Of a DNA stretch of 64,000 bases, positions 10,482-23,700 are shown in pieces (position 1 is the stretch's first letter; each line of letters begins with the position of its first letter). The DNA comes from Amphiscolops sp. MND2022 (Eukaryota): assembly GCA_964187785.1 (NCBI GenBank), contig OZ076412.1, forward strand, positions 30,256,001 to 30,320,000. The letters are read 5' to 3'. The position numbers and the translations under genes were made by a program. Below the pieces are notes generated by a model, which was not told the DNA's origin, did not search any database, and saw only the letters and a program-made list of their open reading frames with translations.

Positions 10482-11324
10482 TTAAACGCTTCTCCACTGA
10501 AGAGATATAATTTCAACAATTTGCGTCAGGTTAACAACGAGCTCTCAGGTATGGATTCGATCCCAGAAACATGCCTTCTAAATGCGCATACAATGAAGAT
10601 TTCACTATAACGCATGCACTGCATTGTATAAAAGGTGGTTACATCCAAGTCGGACTCATTGAAGTCAGAGACACATTTGCTAAGCTTTTGAGCGACATCA
10701 ACTACGATGTCGAAACAGCCAAATCTTCACACGTTACTAGGCGAGTCCTTCAATAAAAAGTCAACGACCACTGAAGATGAATCGAGGTTAGATATCAAAG
10801 CGAATGGTGTCTGAGGAACGCGCTTCAATAAGACCTATTTCGATGTCAAAGTTATTAATCTGCTGGCAAAAAGTTGTCCGAAAGGTCTGAAAGACTCGTA
10901 CAGCTACCACGAGTTGAAGAAGCTGAAGTACGAGACGCGTATACTCGAAGTGGAAAACGCCACATTTGTACCGTTGATTTTCGCTTGCTCGGGAGGCGCC
11001 GGCCGATGTGCAACGCGGGTAAGGACCCGTATCGCTGCGAAAAAAGACGAACCGTTACGCCAACGTCATGACGTACATCCGCACGAAAATCAGCTTCGCG
11101 CTCCTGGAAAGTATAATACTCTGCATGAGAGGCTCACGATCCCGCAGACCTGTAAGTATCACCGAGGTTTTCATAGGAACGATAGTTGGGGAGGCTGTCA
11201 TGATACGATAATAGTTGCTACTATACTCTATTTCGGTAAATTTTGTAATCAGTAGCTCAATTAAAATAGCAACCATTTTGTATCAGCTAATGATAAAATC
11301 CTATTTGTACCGCCCTTACAATTT

Positions 11325-11588
11325 GTGCAAAGAGCGCAAGTCCTAATGTCAATTTCTTGCAGACCAGACTACATATATGAAATATACACATACCCCCAGG
11401 ATGTTCGGACACCTAACATTATATCCGAACTATTTTGCCCTTTACTAAAGAGGAGGCGGGCGGAGATTCGAAAACATTTTTCCCAGCACGTTATATCCGA
11501 ACTTTTAGCGTTATTTCTGTAGTAAAATAAAACTTTGCGCGTTTTGAGCCCTAAGCGGGGCGCCGACTTGAGACGTTACCGTCTTGTT
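11325..11588 (+). mobile_element. Truncated HINE 3' portion
   Basis: ATATCCGAA units followed by GCGCCGACTTGAGACGTTACCGTCTTGTT. Confidence 0.65.
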
Positions 11589-11759
11589 TAGTCCTTTGGT
11601 AACGCAGTCAAGATTGATGTTTTGAATCAAAGACCCGCACAAATACATTCCGTATTTCTTACAATACAAGCCGGATCTTGTAAGATTAATTACTTTTCAA
11701 CTTAATAAAGCCTTAGTCGAATGAATACGTTATATCGATTTCTCAGTCCCGAAAAGTAC

Positions 11760-12522
11760 CTTAAAGGATACGAATAAGACTCGGAAACCACTTTTTACCC
11801 AAATGGAGACACAAACAATCTGTTTTTGAAAATTGTTTTTTTTCGGAAAAGTCTTAAGTGTCAAAAATGGTTTCAGCTAGCACAACTACTTTTTCTCGAG
11901 CCGAAATCAGATATGAAAGCGAGGGAGTGACCCTTTGACCAAATGAAAGTTTCGGGGAAAAAGACGCAGAGTGCCGAAAAAGAAAAACTCACAGAGCCGA
12001 AAAGGCTGAACAAAGGTTGTTTTCCCCCATCATTAGAAAAACTCATCTGTTCCACAGGATCAAAAAGTAACTGAGAGGCCACCCTCAAGACTCGAGGAAC
12101 ATGTTTTTATGCAGAAAACCTCAAAAAACAAAATTTTGTGGATTTTTATTACTTCAGTCAGTCGCATAGTAACGAAAAAACCAAAAGTAGCCATCTATGC
12201 TTGCAAAATGCTGAAAATTGAGGGAGGGACTTTAGGTTTGGAAAAAATGCATAGTGCTGGTAAAATTCTTAAGGGGTACCCTTTTGTCTCCCCGTACTTT
12301 TTCGCAAACATAAGTTCTTGGTTTAGTGCCAGACCCGAAACCATGAACCCCTGCGGGAAATCCGCGTTGACCACTAGGCCAAGTGACTGATTGACTTTGC
12401 AAAATTGGAGAATTTTCGGTAGAACTACTTTAGTGTTTTGGACAGTTCAGTTGTATCGGAAACAAACTGACGAAAAGCAATGACTAGAGTCGCTCTTTCT
12501 AAAGAAATGAGCTGACTTAAAA
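11760..12522 (-). mobile_element. HINE-family copy (5' part) with tRNA-like module
   Basis: Reverse 5' end GAGCTGACTTAAAA ~12510-12522; minus-strand TGGCCTAGTGG...GGTTTCGGGTCT at 12330-12385. Confidence 0.5.
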
Positions 12523-12838
12523 TGCTTTTTCAACTGACATTTTGTGCAAATTTCATTCATGTTGTGGACGTTTTTGTAGGCATTACAATTGAGTCCGACA
12601 TTTCTATGCAACTTTCGTTCAATTACTGGACTATTTTATGGGAATGGTGGAACACAGAGTTGGAAGACGAAAAACCTACCAAGCAGAGTTTTGAAATTGT
12701 TTGAGAACACCTCAAAATGTCCAAAAGAAACAGCAAAAAGCCAAAACTTGTCGTGCAATACTTGCATTTCCAAGGGTATGTACTTCCTCAGAATTCAACA
12801 ACAAGTACACTGGTATCAAAATGCTACGTACACCAACA

Positions 12839-14290
12839 TTAATTTAAATAACTCAGAACACAGTAAAATTTGAAACAACAGCTGAAACATAATAAATCAA
12901 ATCCCGTCAAACTTCCATCGTTGTTGATTACGTTCACCAGGCGATTCTCATACGATGAGTACAAGTTGCGAACAACTTCTGGGTTTATGTTGTTCCACAC
13001 TTCCATAACCTCTTCTGAATTTTCCCAGGTAATTTTCCCTGGCAAGCATTTTTAAAAAATGGCCCAAATATTTTCAATAGGATTCAGGTCAGGACTGTAA
13101 GCTGGCCAATCCAGCGCCTCCCATTGCTTTTGGGCCAGAAAATTGCGAACAACTTCACTTTTGTGTACTGGGACGTTGTCTTGCTGGAACACCAAATCCG
13201 GTATTTTCAAATGTCAATCGTATTGCTTTAAAATCTCCAAATATCCGTAACTTGTTAAGTGTTGCTAGACATTCAATTAGCATTTTCCTGCCATCTGATC
13301 TGATGGTCCCCCAAAATATCATAGATCTTTTGTCTGTGCTTAGTCCTTGGGTGTTTTTGGGGCAAACGCGACGACCAGTTTTCCTGAACACCCGCACAAC
13401 GCCGTCACTATTCAAGCGCACACGGGTTTCGTCGGAAAATACGACGTTTACACAGAAGCCTAGTTTCCATCCAGCCAAAATTCAGAACAAAAATGCAAAA
13501 GTTCGAGTGAAACAAAAACAACTTTCTTCAAGCACACAATACCACCCAAATCAGGCCAACGAAAATGCATCTAAGGTAGTGCAGAGGGTCCCCCTCTCAT
13601 TTTCTCTTAACGTGAAATTCGAAACCGAACGAGACTAAAAGGTCCTCTTTCAAACTTTGTGATTATTTGGTGTTTCGAGGTTTTTTGTCTTTTCATAGAA
13701 ATCCTGAGCAGATTTTCTAAACTTTGCGCTTTTTGAGCCTTAGGTTTAGCGGCGACTTTCGATGTTCCCGTCTTGTATCATTGGGTGCACCATCAAAAGC
13801 GCTATTAGTTCACTACGAAAGTGATTGAATAAACTTTTTATTTCGCTTTAGTTTTTTCGGCAAGTTGAGATTTTTTTCTAATATTTTTTCTTTCAAAAAA
13901 TTCCAAAATTTTTCCCCATTTTCGGTGGATAATTGAAGCTGAATAAAAACCAAGGGGCTTCTTCGACATTCTCGAGCACCAACGTTTTCTGATCAGTCTT
14001 TGTTTTTTGTTCAATTTGAACTTTTTCGACGTTCTAGAAACTGTGTTTGACGTTGAAAAAGTTTTACCGTGCTCTTACTCGTTCTAATGTTGTTTTTGGG
14101 TGTTTTTCCACTCTTCGAACTATTAGTCTTTGCTCTTTTTCGCTGAGCTTTTCTGGCCGGCCTGGAGGCTTTTTCGCCATATAAGAATTCGTTCTCAAAA
14201 AACGCTGATAAGCTGTTTGAGCTGACGATCGAGATTTAAGGCCCAACTTTTCTTTAATTTCTTCGTATGATAAACCCATTGCGAACGTTT
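12839..14290 (-). pseudogene. Tc1-family DD34E transposase relic, split by an insertion at ~13480-13935
   Basis: HTH/GRP segment (14064-14279, KKPPGRPEKLS), VVFSDE (~13450), FQQDNVPVH...WPAYSPDLNPIENIW with exactly 34 residues between D and E, C-terminal LYSSYENRL. Confidence 0.9.
13500..13776 (+). mobile_element. HINE 3' portion nested in the Tc1 transposase
   Basis: GCATCTAAG...GGGTCCCCC modules and 3' end CTTAGGTTTAGCGGCGACTTTCGATGTTCCCGTCTTGT. Confidence 0.65.
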
Positions 14291-14547
14291 TCTGCAGTCT
14301 CTACAACTTTTAGTTGTTGTCGTCCAGAGAGTTGAAAAAACAATTAGCTACTGAAGCTTTGTTGAAAAGATATTTCGACTTATCTCTGGAAAAAAATGAA
14401 ACCAAAAAGTATATAACATTTCAGTTTTTGGGGACTGTGGTGTAGTTGTTTTTGAAGTATATGAAGTTTTTTAGATGCGATAATTTCATGTTCGTGCAAA
14501 CCATGAGTGATTATTAACCTAACGAAGCGCAGGGTTCGGGCGACTAG

Positions 14548-14718
14548 ATGCAACAACCGTCCGCACCCAATGGAGGGTCTGGCGACTACGAGCAAGAAGT
14601 TCCGGAGAGGAGACACTCGAACCAGGATGATGAGGAGAATGGAGATGAAGATGATCACGAGCAACAGGACCACCACGAGAGCGAAGACGAGGAGACCATC
14701 CGAGAAGAAACTGCCCTG
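14548..14718 (+). CDS. Exon 1 (acidic, MQQPSAPNGG...DEETIREETAL)
   Basis: ATG 14548 preceded by in-frame TAG (could instead be an acceptor); donor GTTGAT 14719, phase 0. Confidence 0.55.
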
Positions 14719-17700
14719 GTTGATACACTTTGTCCTGACTTTCATTAATGAACATAACCAGTATAGGTACAAACAACCTGGAAACTACGCCCCGCTCGAG
14801 GCTCAATAAACGATAAGTACTTAAGTCGCCTTTGGATACAAATCAGGCGATTTCCTGACTGAAAATAACAAAAAATCAAAAGTGAGCTCTTTCTTGGAAT
14901 GAAAAAATTCTGTGCAGCCGAATAGTGCCAAAAAACCCACACATTGTAACTCAAATAAAAATGTCAAAATACGGAAATGAGGATCTTTTGAAACATTTTG
15001 GCCCTCTTTAGATCTTGGGCGTATTGAAGATCTGTTTTGATCACCTCGACGGGATCGGAAAAAAACCGACGAAAAGCCACTATGCCCATGATCAATAGGT
15101 TGCATGGTTTCGAAGAAATGGAGTTTCAGATGGTATCGATTTAATGCAAGAAATTGAATCACTGAACGGAACGTATGCGCAACGGTGCTTAGCACTAGGC
15201 TCATGTGTTTACGCGCGTCCTAACCTAACAGTTTGATAGGTAAAATTGGCCATTATGCACGTGACTTTTTCCGCAGCTTTTTTGTTTTTCGCGTTGACCC
15301 ATCTTGAAGAAAACTTGAGTAATGACTCTTTTTACCAAGAGTTTGCCCTTGGTGCAATATAGTGTGCCAACACGTACATAGATGCTCCAGTAAACCTTTG
15401 TTGCAGATGAAATAGTCCAAATTTTACAAAAATTCCTGAAGGTGGGAACTTGCTAATGTGATGCAGATCTACAGGGCCTCGACAATTCCGTTTGGGTACA
15501 AATAGTGTAAAGCAAGTTAGGAGGTTTTTCTCCCGTTTCTCCTTGCAAATATCAAGCTCGGTGGGTTTAATTTTTGGGTGGGTTTAATTGAGAAATGTTG
15601 AACTTACAAATAAACTCCTGTTTTCAAAAGCTGCTTTAAAAGTCCGATGATTTTGGAATAATCGCTGTTTAAAATGAGAAACGGTTGAAAGTGTTACTGT
15701 CAAAATGGCAATGTTCAGGCGGAATTCCAAAGTACCAAAGTTTTTGGTAATTGTTGCTTGGCATATTTGCTTTTTGACGGAGAGGTCAAGTATTACTGTG
15801 ATTTCTCGGTTATAACAAACAGTATCGACTAGGGAGCCCAAGATGATCATGAAAACGACGAGTTCGTACCCACTCATGTCACCAATAGTATAAGTCCCCC
15901 TGGGAGCAGTCTGAATACGAGTGCCAATCACCGAAATGTGTCGAACTACGACCTCAGGTCAATCTCGCCCGCTCTGAACCCGAACAACAGACATATAGTG
16001 TCAGTGTCAAATGGGGCGTCTGTCGTGTCATCTCTCAACGTAAACACGAGAGGTCATGGTCAAGGAGGTGCAGGTCGTTTCAGTCCTGACCCCATCGACC
16101 CAATTGATATCGACTACGACCCTTCTGCGTCTGCTCATGATTTAGAAATTCAGGTTGGTTGGAACAGCGACAAGAGTTTCTCTTTCATTCAATGAAATAT
16201 TTTTAAAAATCTATTTTGCGTTTGATAAAGCGCAATACTCTATCCCAAACTTTCACAATGTAGAAGGGTCGTCATTGCTCCATTTGTAACTCGAGAGTTG
16301 AAATTTTCTGACAACTTGTGCAAAACCTCATTTTCGTTGCTCTTTATTAATCAAATGAATGGAATGAAAGTTTGGTGTCTTGCCTACTCCTCAGATGTGA
16401 CCTAATCAGAACATTGTCACTACAAGAATTTCAGTCTCAGCGGTTATTAGGAGGGGCACCAATTGAAACATTCTGACTTTCAATAAGGAATCGGAAAACT
16501 TGAAAAAATTCAACTCAGGTCATAACAGCCTTCAACTTCCATCGTTTAAACTATCCACTTTGTAATGTTGTTCATCGCTTTGAACTTTCTCGTCAACGTT
16601 TCGACTGTGGATGCAAAAAGTTACCAAAAATTACATGAACATTTCCGATCAAAAGAAAATGATGAATCAGAATAATTTCAATTGAAAACCGGTCGATTGT
16701 TCAAACAAATGATAATTTATATTTAATGTATTAACTATATCGATGTTTTTTGTACAACAGGGTGATCACGATGCAGATGGTGACCATTTTCCCAATTCTC
16801 CGGGTGCCAGTGCTTCGTCGAGAGGCGGAAACAACTATGAAAGTCAGTCTTCGAGGACGAGTGAATCATACAGACTCTCCCGAGGCAGCTCCCACCAACA
16901 TGAGCATTTCGAAATGGCTTCTATACCCACTACCAGGCATGACCTATCAACTGTTCATTTTTATCAATCACTGAATGACTCTCCGAGGTTCACAGAAAAC
17001 ATTGTGAAGAACCTCAATAGATTTTGTGATTTAATAAACCGTAAAGAGACTTGTATCCCAGAAAATGTATTCTAATGTTCTGTACTTTGCTTGCGAGATC
17101 AATCACTATCTACGGTATCTTAGTGTGTGGTTCAGCAGTTAAAACTGAATTTATAAAAAAATGAAAATGCAGAACGAAGAATTCTAGAAATCATAAGACT
17201 TGATTCTATTAACAAACCATTAATGGAGTATAAAGGGTTTACAGTTTATGGAGTAGCTTGTCAAAGAGCTGTTTCAAAAACTACGCAATGAGACACCAGT
17301 GAAGTGTTCCAATGATATTATTACAGAGAACTAAACCGATTACCCGTTAGAGTCGATAAGGACTTTTCCGTTCATTTGGCAGTTGAACTGTAGCAAAAAG
17401 AAATCTGAAGAAATATCCTACATTTATTTCGTCCTAATTGGTTCCGGAGAGCTATGGCTTGAAAACATTTTTGCGCATTCTTTGTCTTTGCTGATTGTTA
17501 ATTCATAGTGTAAATGATTACCTTTTTACTTTCTGAACTTAGTGGTTTCACCAAATAAATTAACGTTTTTTGTTCTTTGCCGGAAATGAAAGCTTGAGAG
17601 CGCGGCGTAAAATATGGAATGACTCATATGGAAAATGTTTTGAAGCTATTTCGCAACTGGAAAGAACATGGTATTATACTGAGGGCCTTCGACAGGACAT

Positions 17701-20700
17701 ATTCAGTTTTTCGTACACGTGTTGAAATACTCAATCGGTCATTCCTTTCCGTAACTAGTTATGCAGGGGGAGGAGACCCAGCCTCTGCAACTTACACTCC
17801 CCATTCGTACAGCTCTCACCAGGCGTTTGTCATGGGAGAAACAACGGAACATTTGAGCGCATCTGCCAGTGTGGTCGTCGGAGAGAGGCGCGGAATACCT
17901 TGTGATCAAAGTGAGTCGTGCTTCATTCTGTGGAACGAGATATTTTGAAGTTCACTTTGAAAATGGATTTTCTAAATTTTTCTTTTATACTTTTGGCTTT
18001 TTAGAAGAGCTTGTAAGGTCATTGTATCATCACGTTGTTATCATTAATTCCTTAACTTTTGATCTTCATTGTTTCAGTTGTGTAGAAAAACATTGAAAAA
18101 AGATGCTACGTCACAATTTTGAACCATCTTATAATATAATGATCGCATTCTCAGTTTAAAGGATTATGGATAACTTCTGTTTGTTTTCCCCAGGTGAAGA
18201 GCGACAAGATGGTCGCACTGAGATGGTACCAGTTTCCACGGCGAATGCTTTGGCAGCTAGAGATTCGCAGCATCTGCACAGCTACGGAGACGACAGAGAT
18301 GCGAGCTCCCCTGTGCCCGAAGTGGTAGATGTGTTCAGGTCTGACCGTCTGTTTTTTTGTCTTTCCTTATTCCGTAACTACTATCTGTTTTACCTCTGTC
18401 CAACTCAGGTCTCACCAAAAGCGGAACAATGGATGATTTCATTCCATTTTCATTTTCCGCTGTATTCCCGATGGAAGGAAAATTTATCTTTCGGCCTCCT
18501 GTTTTTCCCTAATTTTTCTTTGAATCGTTTTTTGACTACAGTAGACACCTTTTCTTTGGCCGTATTTAATATCTTGGAAAGGAAACATAATCTCTCTGTC
18601 GCAGAAAAAAGCGTTTGCCAAATTTTGTCAGGCTTTTGGGTGGGCTGGGTCGTCTGTTTGTTAGTTACATGCGCCGGTATGCAGGAAATTGTGGGTTGCA
18701 TTCCTTCAAATGCCTCATTTGTCTACTTTATTGACTACTTTCACAAAAAGATGTAGTAACTGGCATATCGTATGTATTTGTTATATACACGTCATTTTCG
18801 ATTTTTTTACTGTCAATATGACATATTTATATACATTGTACGGAATAATTCGCATATAAATCAATTTTTAGTCGGCGCTTTTCGAAGAAAAACGCAGACT
18901 ATAGTAGTGACTTCTTTTTTTTTTAAGACCAACGAACTGACAGATTTTATAAATTTTATAAGTTGGTACTAAACCGGCGCGAACACTAAACTGTGTCACG
19001 CTACTTCACTGCCACTTGGCCACTACGACTTTTTCGAGGTCTGACGAGCAGAATGACATGGGTTCGAGTCCCGCCATGACCAAAATTTTTTTGTGCAAAT
19101 TTGTTTTTTCGGCTTTGTGAGACTTTTTTCGCAAATATCTCCAAATGGTCCACCCTTCATTTTTTTGTCTATTTTGCAAAAGAATGGATGTTAAAAAACT
19201 TCCAAAGGGCCCCATTTTACATGTTTTGGCACTATGCGACTTACGGGAGACCAAAAAAATTTAAAAAATTTCAAAAAAAAATCTGAATTTTTTTTTCAAT
19301 TTTTCCTCAAACGGGTACTGTAGAAGAGAATACTTGACACTTTGAAGTCCTTTTGTTATTTTTGAGCCTTAGATATGGCGCCGACTTGGGCCGTTCCCGG
19401 CTTGTTAACCTATAGTAGTGGCTTTTCTAAAGGCGCGAAGTGACAGATGTAATTAATAACTAATCAAGACAGTAAATTCTAAGTGTATTGTGCTGCAGGT
19501 CAACGAGACAGCAATATACTCCCCCAGCAGAGAGGTCAGCTGAGTTTGCGGACCCTGACCTGACCACCAGTGACCACGAGGAGTTCGACTCCACCTTTGT
19601 CGCCATCTCACAGCCACCAACTGCATCTCTGCTACTCTCTGGAGCTACCTCAACCGCCACTGCAGGACTACTCTCCTCACAAGCAGATGCTTTTGTTCAG
19701 ACCTCGGCCTCTTCGTCCAATGCCCAAGACAGTGCGTTCTCAAAAGTTCTTTTCAATCAAGTCATTCAAATTTCTTCATTCACATGTACATGTTTCAGAT
19801 GTAAGATAATGGAATTCATATATTGGTCACTGCAGGTTTGAAACAATGTCGAAATAGTGTGAGTTGAAATGTTGAATGATATTTGAAGGACCAAAAATCA
19901 CAGCTCGGCAAGGCAATCACTGGCGTTATAAGGGGTCTCACTTAAACTGGTGACGTTATAAATGGCTTACACTGTGAAACTTTGTCAAGGCGTTATGTGT
20001 AGAAAACAAGGAATTCATCAAATCTGTCAAGAAAAGGTTCAAAAAAGTCCAAAGTTTTATACTTGAATCTATGAAATCTCAATATTAAATATTTTCTATA
20101 ATTTTTGGTGGATGTTGCTTCAATCACTTGATAGTGGGATTAGTTTTTCTCGATAATATTTTTAGTCGATAGTAGACATTCAGTTTTTTTAGACAATACA
20201 TGATCGGGTTGAAAGTTTCTGTGAGAAGTGTCTTGGAAACTTCTGTTTTCACAAACTCTGCAAAAATTTATCTTTCCATTTAAAATATGGGTATTCGAAG
20301 AACCTAAGTGTGTCAGTGGGCTCTTCAACCCTATTTCTCAAATCAATAATTGCGAAATGAAACTTTATTTTCAAAAAAAACTTTCAGATAGACAATGGAA
20401 GCGAAAATACCTGATCAGTTTTTCTGAATACATTCCCGAAATAATACTAATAATTTGGATATATGGTGTTTTTGTTACATGTTCTAACAGATAATAATAA
20501 TAAATATTGCTCAATTTGAAAAACAAGCCGGGACCGGCCCAAGTCGCTCAAAAATAGCAAAAGGACTTCCAAGTGTCAATTTACAGTACTCGAAAATCGA
20601 AAAACCAAAAAAAATGGACCGAGTGGCGCGCCGGGGCCCGCTAGCGCGAGCCCCTGGCGCGCTAAAAGGGGGACACTTCCGAAATTGTCAACATTTTTGT

Positions 20701-23700
20701 CGCAGTTGAAGGGGGACCCTTTGGAGAAAAAACCTTTCGAAAAAAAGTCTCTTAATGCCGAAAAACTGAAAGGGGGGACCCTTTGGGATTTTCAAACACC
20801 TAATTTGTTGTCAAATATAAAAGAAATTGAATGGGGGACCCTTTGGAGAGAAAAAATGTTTAGAAAAAAAGTCTCACAATGCCGAAAAACTGAAAGGGGG
20901 ACCCTTTGTGGTTTTTCATTATCCATTCTGTCGCAAAACATCAAAAAATTGAAAGGGGTATTTTTGTTTTCGGGAAAAAATCTCACAGTGCTGAAAAAAA
21001 ACTGAAAAGGGGGACCCTTTGGGATTTTCCAACATCCATTCTGTCGCAAAACAGGGAAAAAAATGAAGGGGGACCCTTTGATCTCGCCCGGTATGGTATG
21101 TTACGCGGGAAAACAGAAAAAACCTTTTTGGTTTAGTTCGCTAGGCCAAATGGTGCAATTTGGTGCAATAATATTTTGTAGAACTTTTAAGAACTATTTT
21201 AAGAACTAATCATAAACGAAACGCGCTATCATCCTGGCAAACGTGAAATCATACGGATATGATATGAAACATTTTGGATTCAGTTCGCTTTTCATAGTTT
21301 TGTTAAGTGAAAACGTAAGAATTTGAAGTGAAATTTTTTCACGAAAACAGTCGCACAGTGCCGAAAAACCCAAAAGGGCCCTCTAAACTCGCAAAAGGCT
21401 TTGTCCTTGTTGAATCAAATATCACTAGGGGTCCTTTGATAAATTGAAATTTTTTCCAAAGTCGAACAGTGTCGAAAAAAAAAACAAAAGGGGGTTCCCT
21501 ATGGTCTTCCCTTTTATCTTTGCCAGCTTGATGAAAATTTCGTCTAGCACAGGATTCTATCCCACTTTCTCCGGATTCCCTGGCCCCATCACCTGGCAGA
21601 GAAACTCGTGTTAACCTCTAGAGCAGCAGCTATTGGCAGAAACTGGTAGAAAAAATTCCACTACGAAACGAAAAATATAGGCTATTTAAATGAGTGTTTT
21701 ATAATTTGAAAATTTTACATCATGTTTACCATTATAATCGTCAGGGCAGTAATAGATTAAGTTCAACATGAAAATCAAGAGTTGTACTTGTGTATTTACC
21801 ATGTGTGTTTTGAATATACACATTGTCGGAATTTCACTCATTAGAAACGGGGTCATTTTGTTACATTTCGAACCCAATTTTAGCTCGTTTACACAATGGA
21901 GTGGCGAACATGGCTGGTGCCAGTTGCAGTGTGGACTTGGGGCGTCACCATGCGAGTGTGGGAGGAACTGCTTCAGAGTGTTCTCCCGGAGACAGAGACG
22001 GGTACACTTCTCACGACGAAGCCTCTTGGCTGATAGACCAACATGCCGACAATGTGCCAATCCATCCCCTCACTCAACATCGAAACTCCCTCTCCTCTTC
22101 CGACATGCACACTCCAACATCCAGATCAGTCGCTTCCTGGGACCTCATCCGGTTCCCTCGTTCCTTCTATGAGGTAAAATTTTTCTCGTTGAGATGATAG
22201 TTTGGTTGTCTAGCCTGGTTTGAAGCGGGAAACAGTTTTGCCCTTGGTGCTCTCATGGCTTTGCTACTCTGTTTGCTTCCAAGACTTTATGATTGGATTC
22301 CTTCGGTCACAGACGGCAATCTACAAAAGTTTTCATTTCCCGTTCAATTTCAAGTAGTAGTTTTCTGTAGTTTTTGATAATTTTTCCGTAAATAGTCAAA
22401 TTTGAAAATTTAGTTCAACTTGTTCCTTGACAGTTTTTGTCGGCGCGTTTTCCTTTAAGGAAAAGAGCTCGACTATTACAGTGACTAGTTTGTTTTCGTC
22501 AGACTACAGAATGTATGCGTAGTGGACACGTTTTACAGAACTACTAAACTACTGGACCGGAAACGCATCTAAGTTAGGCCAAAGGGTCCCCTTTTCATTT
22601 ACACCATTTTAACGTAAGATACAAAACGGGACGAGACTATAGCCCCCCTTAACGTAACTCAAGTTTCAAAAAGTCCAAAGGGTCTCCCCTCTCAAGTTTT
22701 TGGCACTATGAGACTGTTTCGAAATTATTTTTCGTTTTTTTTCGAAAATTTTTTTGATGTCTCAAAGGGTCCCCTCAATTTTTTGATAATTTGCAACATA
22801 CTGGACTTTCAAAAACCTCCAAGGGTCCCCTTTTTACAATTTTGCGCCTTTTCAGCCTTAGATATACAGTAAACCCTCGATTTTCCGCCACGCGATTATC
22901 CGCCAACTTTGGTCATCCGCCATAAATCTACCGGGACATTTTAATATAACACCCGCGTCTAAGCTCCCTTGATTTACCGCCACTCTCACTTATCCGCCAT
23001 AATTTGCGCTGGACCAATGGTGGCGGATAATCGAGGGTTTACAGTAGCGCCGAATTTAGACGTTCCCGTCTTGTTCGTTATTATTGAGCACGCTTAGCTC
23101 GTGAATTTTTAAATCACTGTTTAGATATTTGATTTGAATAAGTTAGTGATTCATCACTACTACAACTAAGCTACCAAAGTCATGTGAACAAACTCTGAGA
23201 TCATTGTTTTTCAATCAATAAAGCCTGAATGGTAAGTCAGAATTTGCCGGCAAATACTTAAAATTTAAAGAAGTCAAAAGCTCTCTCTATATCATGGTGC
23301 CGCAAAATGCTACAGAATCTACCCAGCAACAAGCAGATCTTGAAACGAGTCTTCACAGCATAAAAGCTAAAATCTCTTCCCTTCATTGCATTTTTGCTCT
23401 CCCCTTCGCATAATCATTCAACAGAATTTGTTTCTTTTTTTGTAATTCTTAAAATCTCCTTGAAGACAGATACTAAAATCACGAAGTTATTTTGTAGTTT
23501 GTCCAAGTTAGTTATTTTTCTTTTTTAAAACGGGTGATGTTAATACCCGGTCTAGAGGTGCATATCGTGGCTTGTGCACACGATATTTCAATGAGGCAAA
23601 AACATCATGGATTCAATTAGAATTACAACAGATCAAAGTAACCGCCTCAGTCAAATTATAACGCTAATGGAGGAACGTTTGAGTGAAGTTCAAGCTTTGA

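Larger units (their letters stand above)
7900..11270 (+). mobile_element. Decayed CRE-like non-LTR retrotransposon (RT plus C-terminal RLE endonuclease), interrupted by nested insertions; ends approximate
   Basis: Fragments in order: VRPIVIGEVLRRIIG (~8380-8430); EGIFLIHAN (~8550); xDADDGNAVG (~9560-9590); SSNWLNASPLKRYNF (9920/10486); C..HALHCIKGG knuckle (10580-10640); RLDIKANG...FDVKV (~10785-10850); EVENATFVPLIFACSGG (~10945-11000). Many stops and frameshifts. Confidence 0.75.

Noticed and set aside
14380-14772. Minus-strand ORF with a long hydrophobic, TM-like stretch (VFALVVVLLLVIIFISILLII)
   Set aside because: It is the antisense shadow of the acidic GAN-rich exon 14548-14718; no independent support.
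18339-18756. Extension of the 196-aa ORF 18166-18756 as a membrane protein
   Set aside because: Only 18194-18338 has exon-like composition and splice sites; the rest is T-rich intron read-through.
20700-21080. Regularly spaced GGGGGACCCTTTGG repeats resembling a CRISPR array
   Set aside because: Eukaryotic context, spacers resemble one another, no cas genes; it is an internal tandem module of the HINE family.
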